Shown here: in pieces, positions 63,645 through 64,000 of the stretch
How positions within the stretch are numbered: the first letter of the stretch is position 1
Layout: every line of letters begins with the position of its first letter
Assembly: GCF_001194135.2 (NCBI RefSeq)
Contig: NC_068998.1
Coordinates: 33,264,133 to 33,328,132, forward strand
Source: Octopus bimaculoides
Lineage: Eukaryota
Reading direction: 5' to 3'
DNA length: 64,000 nt
Made by a program: the position numbers and the translations under genes
The notes under the pieces: model-generated
What the model was told of the DNA's origin: nothing
Databases searched by the model: none
What the model saw: the letters and a program-made list of their open reading frames with translations, nothing else

Positions 63645-64000
63645 TATTGCCCCTGGGAGCTCCTCTATGCTGATGACCTTGCACTAATTGTGCAGTCACT
63701 ATCAGAACTAGAGGAGAAGTTTAAGGTGTGGAAGCAAGGACTAGAATCGAAGGGCCTTAGAGTCAACCTAGCTAAAACCAAAATCCTAATAAGTAGGAAG
63801 GTAGATAAAACACAAACCCCTTCAGGTAGATGGCCCTGCTCAGTATGCAGTAAAAGAGTAGGTAGTAACTCTATAAGATGTACCCGGTGCAAGCAATAAG
63901 AGGTGCAGCAATATCAAAGGCAGATTAACTACAAAGTTAGTTTTTGTATGTGGCAGATGTTCAGGTGCAATAAACACTGTAAACAAACAGGAAACAACTT
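63645..64000 (+). mobile_element. Second copy of the RTE family at 2417-4330, 5'-truncated at a (TA)n tract and running off the window
   Basis: CPWELLYADDLALIVQSLSELEEKFKVWKQGLESKGLRVNLAKTK...GRWPCSVCSKRVGSNSIRCTRCK, homologous to 2825-3160. Confidence 0.93.

Overview
This is AT-rich eukaryotic non-coding DNA in a gapped scaffold (N runs at 9268-9954, 45663-46476 and 49752-49846). The SINE families, dense microsatellites and TTAGGG repeats suggest an octopod genome, probably Octopus; that assignment is inference from remembered repeat consensus sequences. I found no intact host protein-coding gene, rRNA, tRNA gene or CRISPR array. Almost all ORFs in the track are microsatellite or N-gap artefacts, or pieces of decayed transposons. 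The window holds tRNA-derived SINEs; RTE, CR1-like, L1/Tx1-like and R4/Dong-like LINE fragments; Gypsy gag/PR/RT/RH/IN remnants; hAT and mariner remnants; a non-autonomous Helitron; a Helentron-like element; and MITEs. The main items worth a second look are: (1) a near-perfect 625-bp inverted insertion stitched from two nearby templates with microhomology junctions; (2) a candidate recursive splice site (polyY-CAG|GTAAGA) at 40950/40951 inside a ~3.8-kb repeat-free island; (3) two copies of a MITE family with GGATC termini, 8-bp TSDs and telomeric-repeat cores; (4) RTE LINEs carrying a PHD-like finger or three C2H2 fingers; (5) RLE-type LINEs embedded in (AAT)n or (ACAT)n arrays; (6) an old ~780-bp tandem array. 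Transposon family calls come from translating by hand and recognising motifs, not from database searches. Boundaries of degraded elements are approximate.
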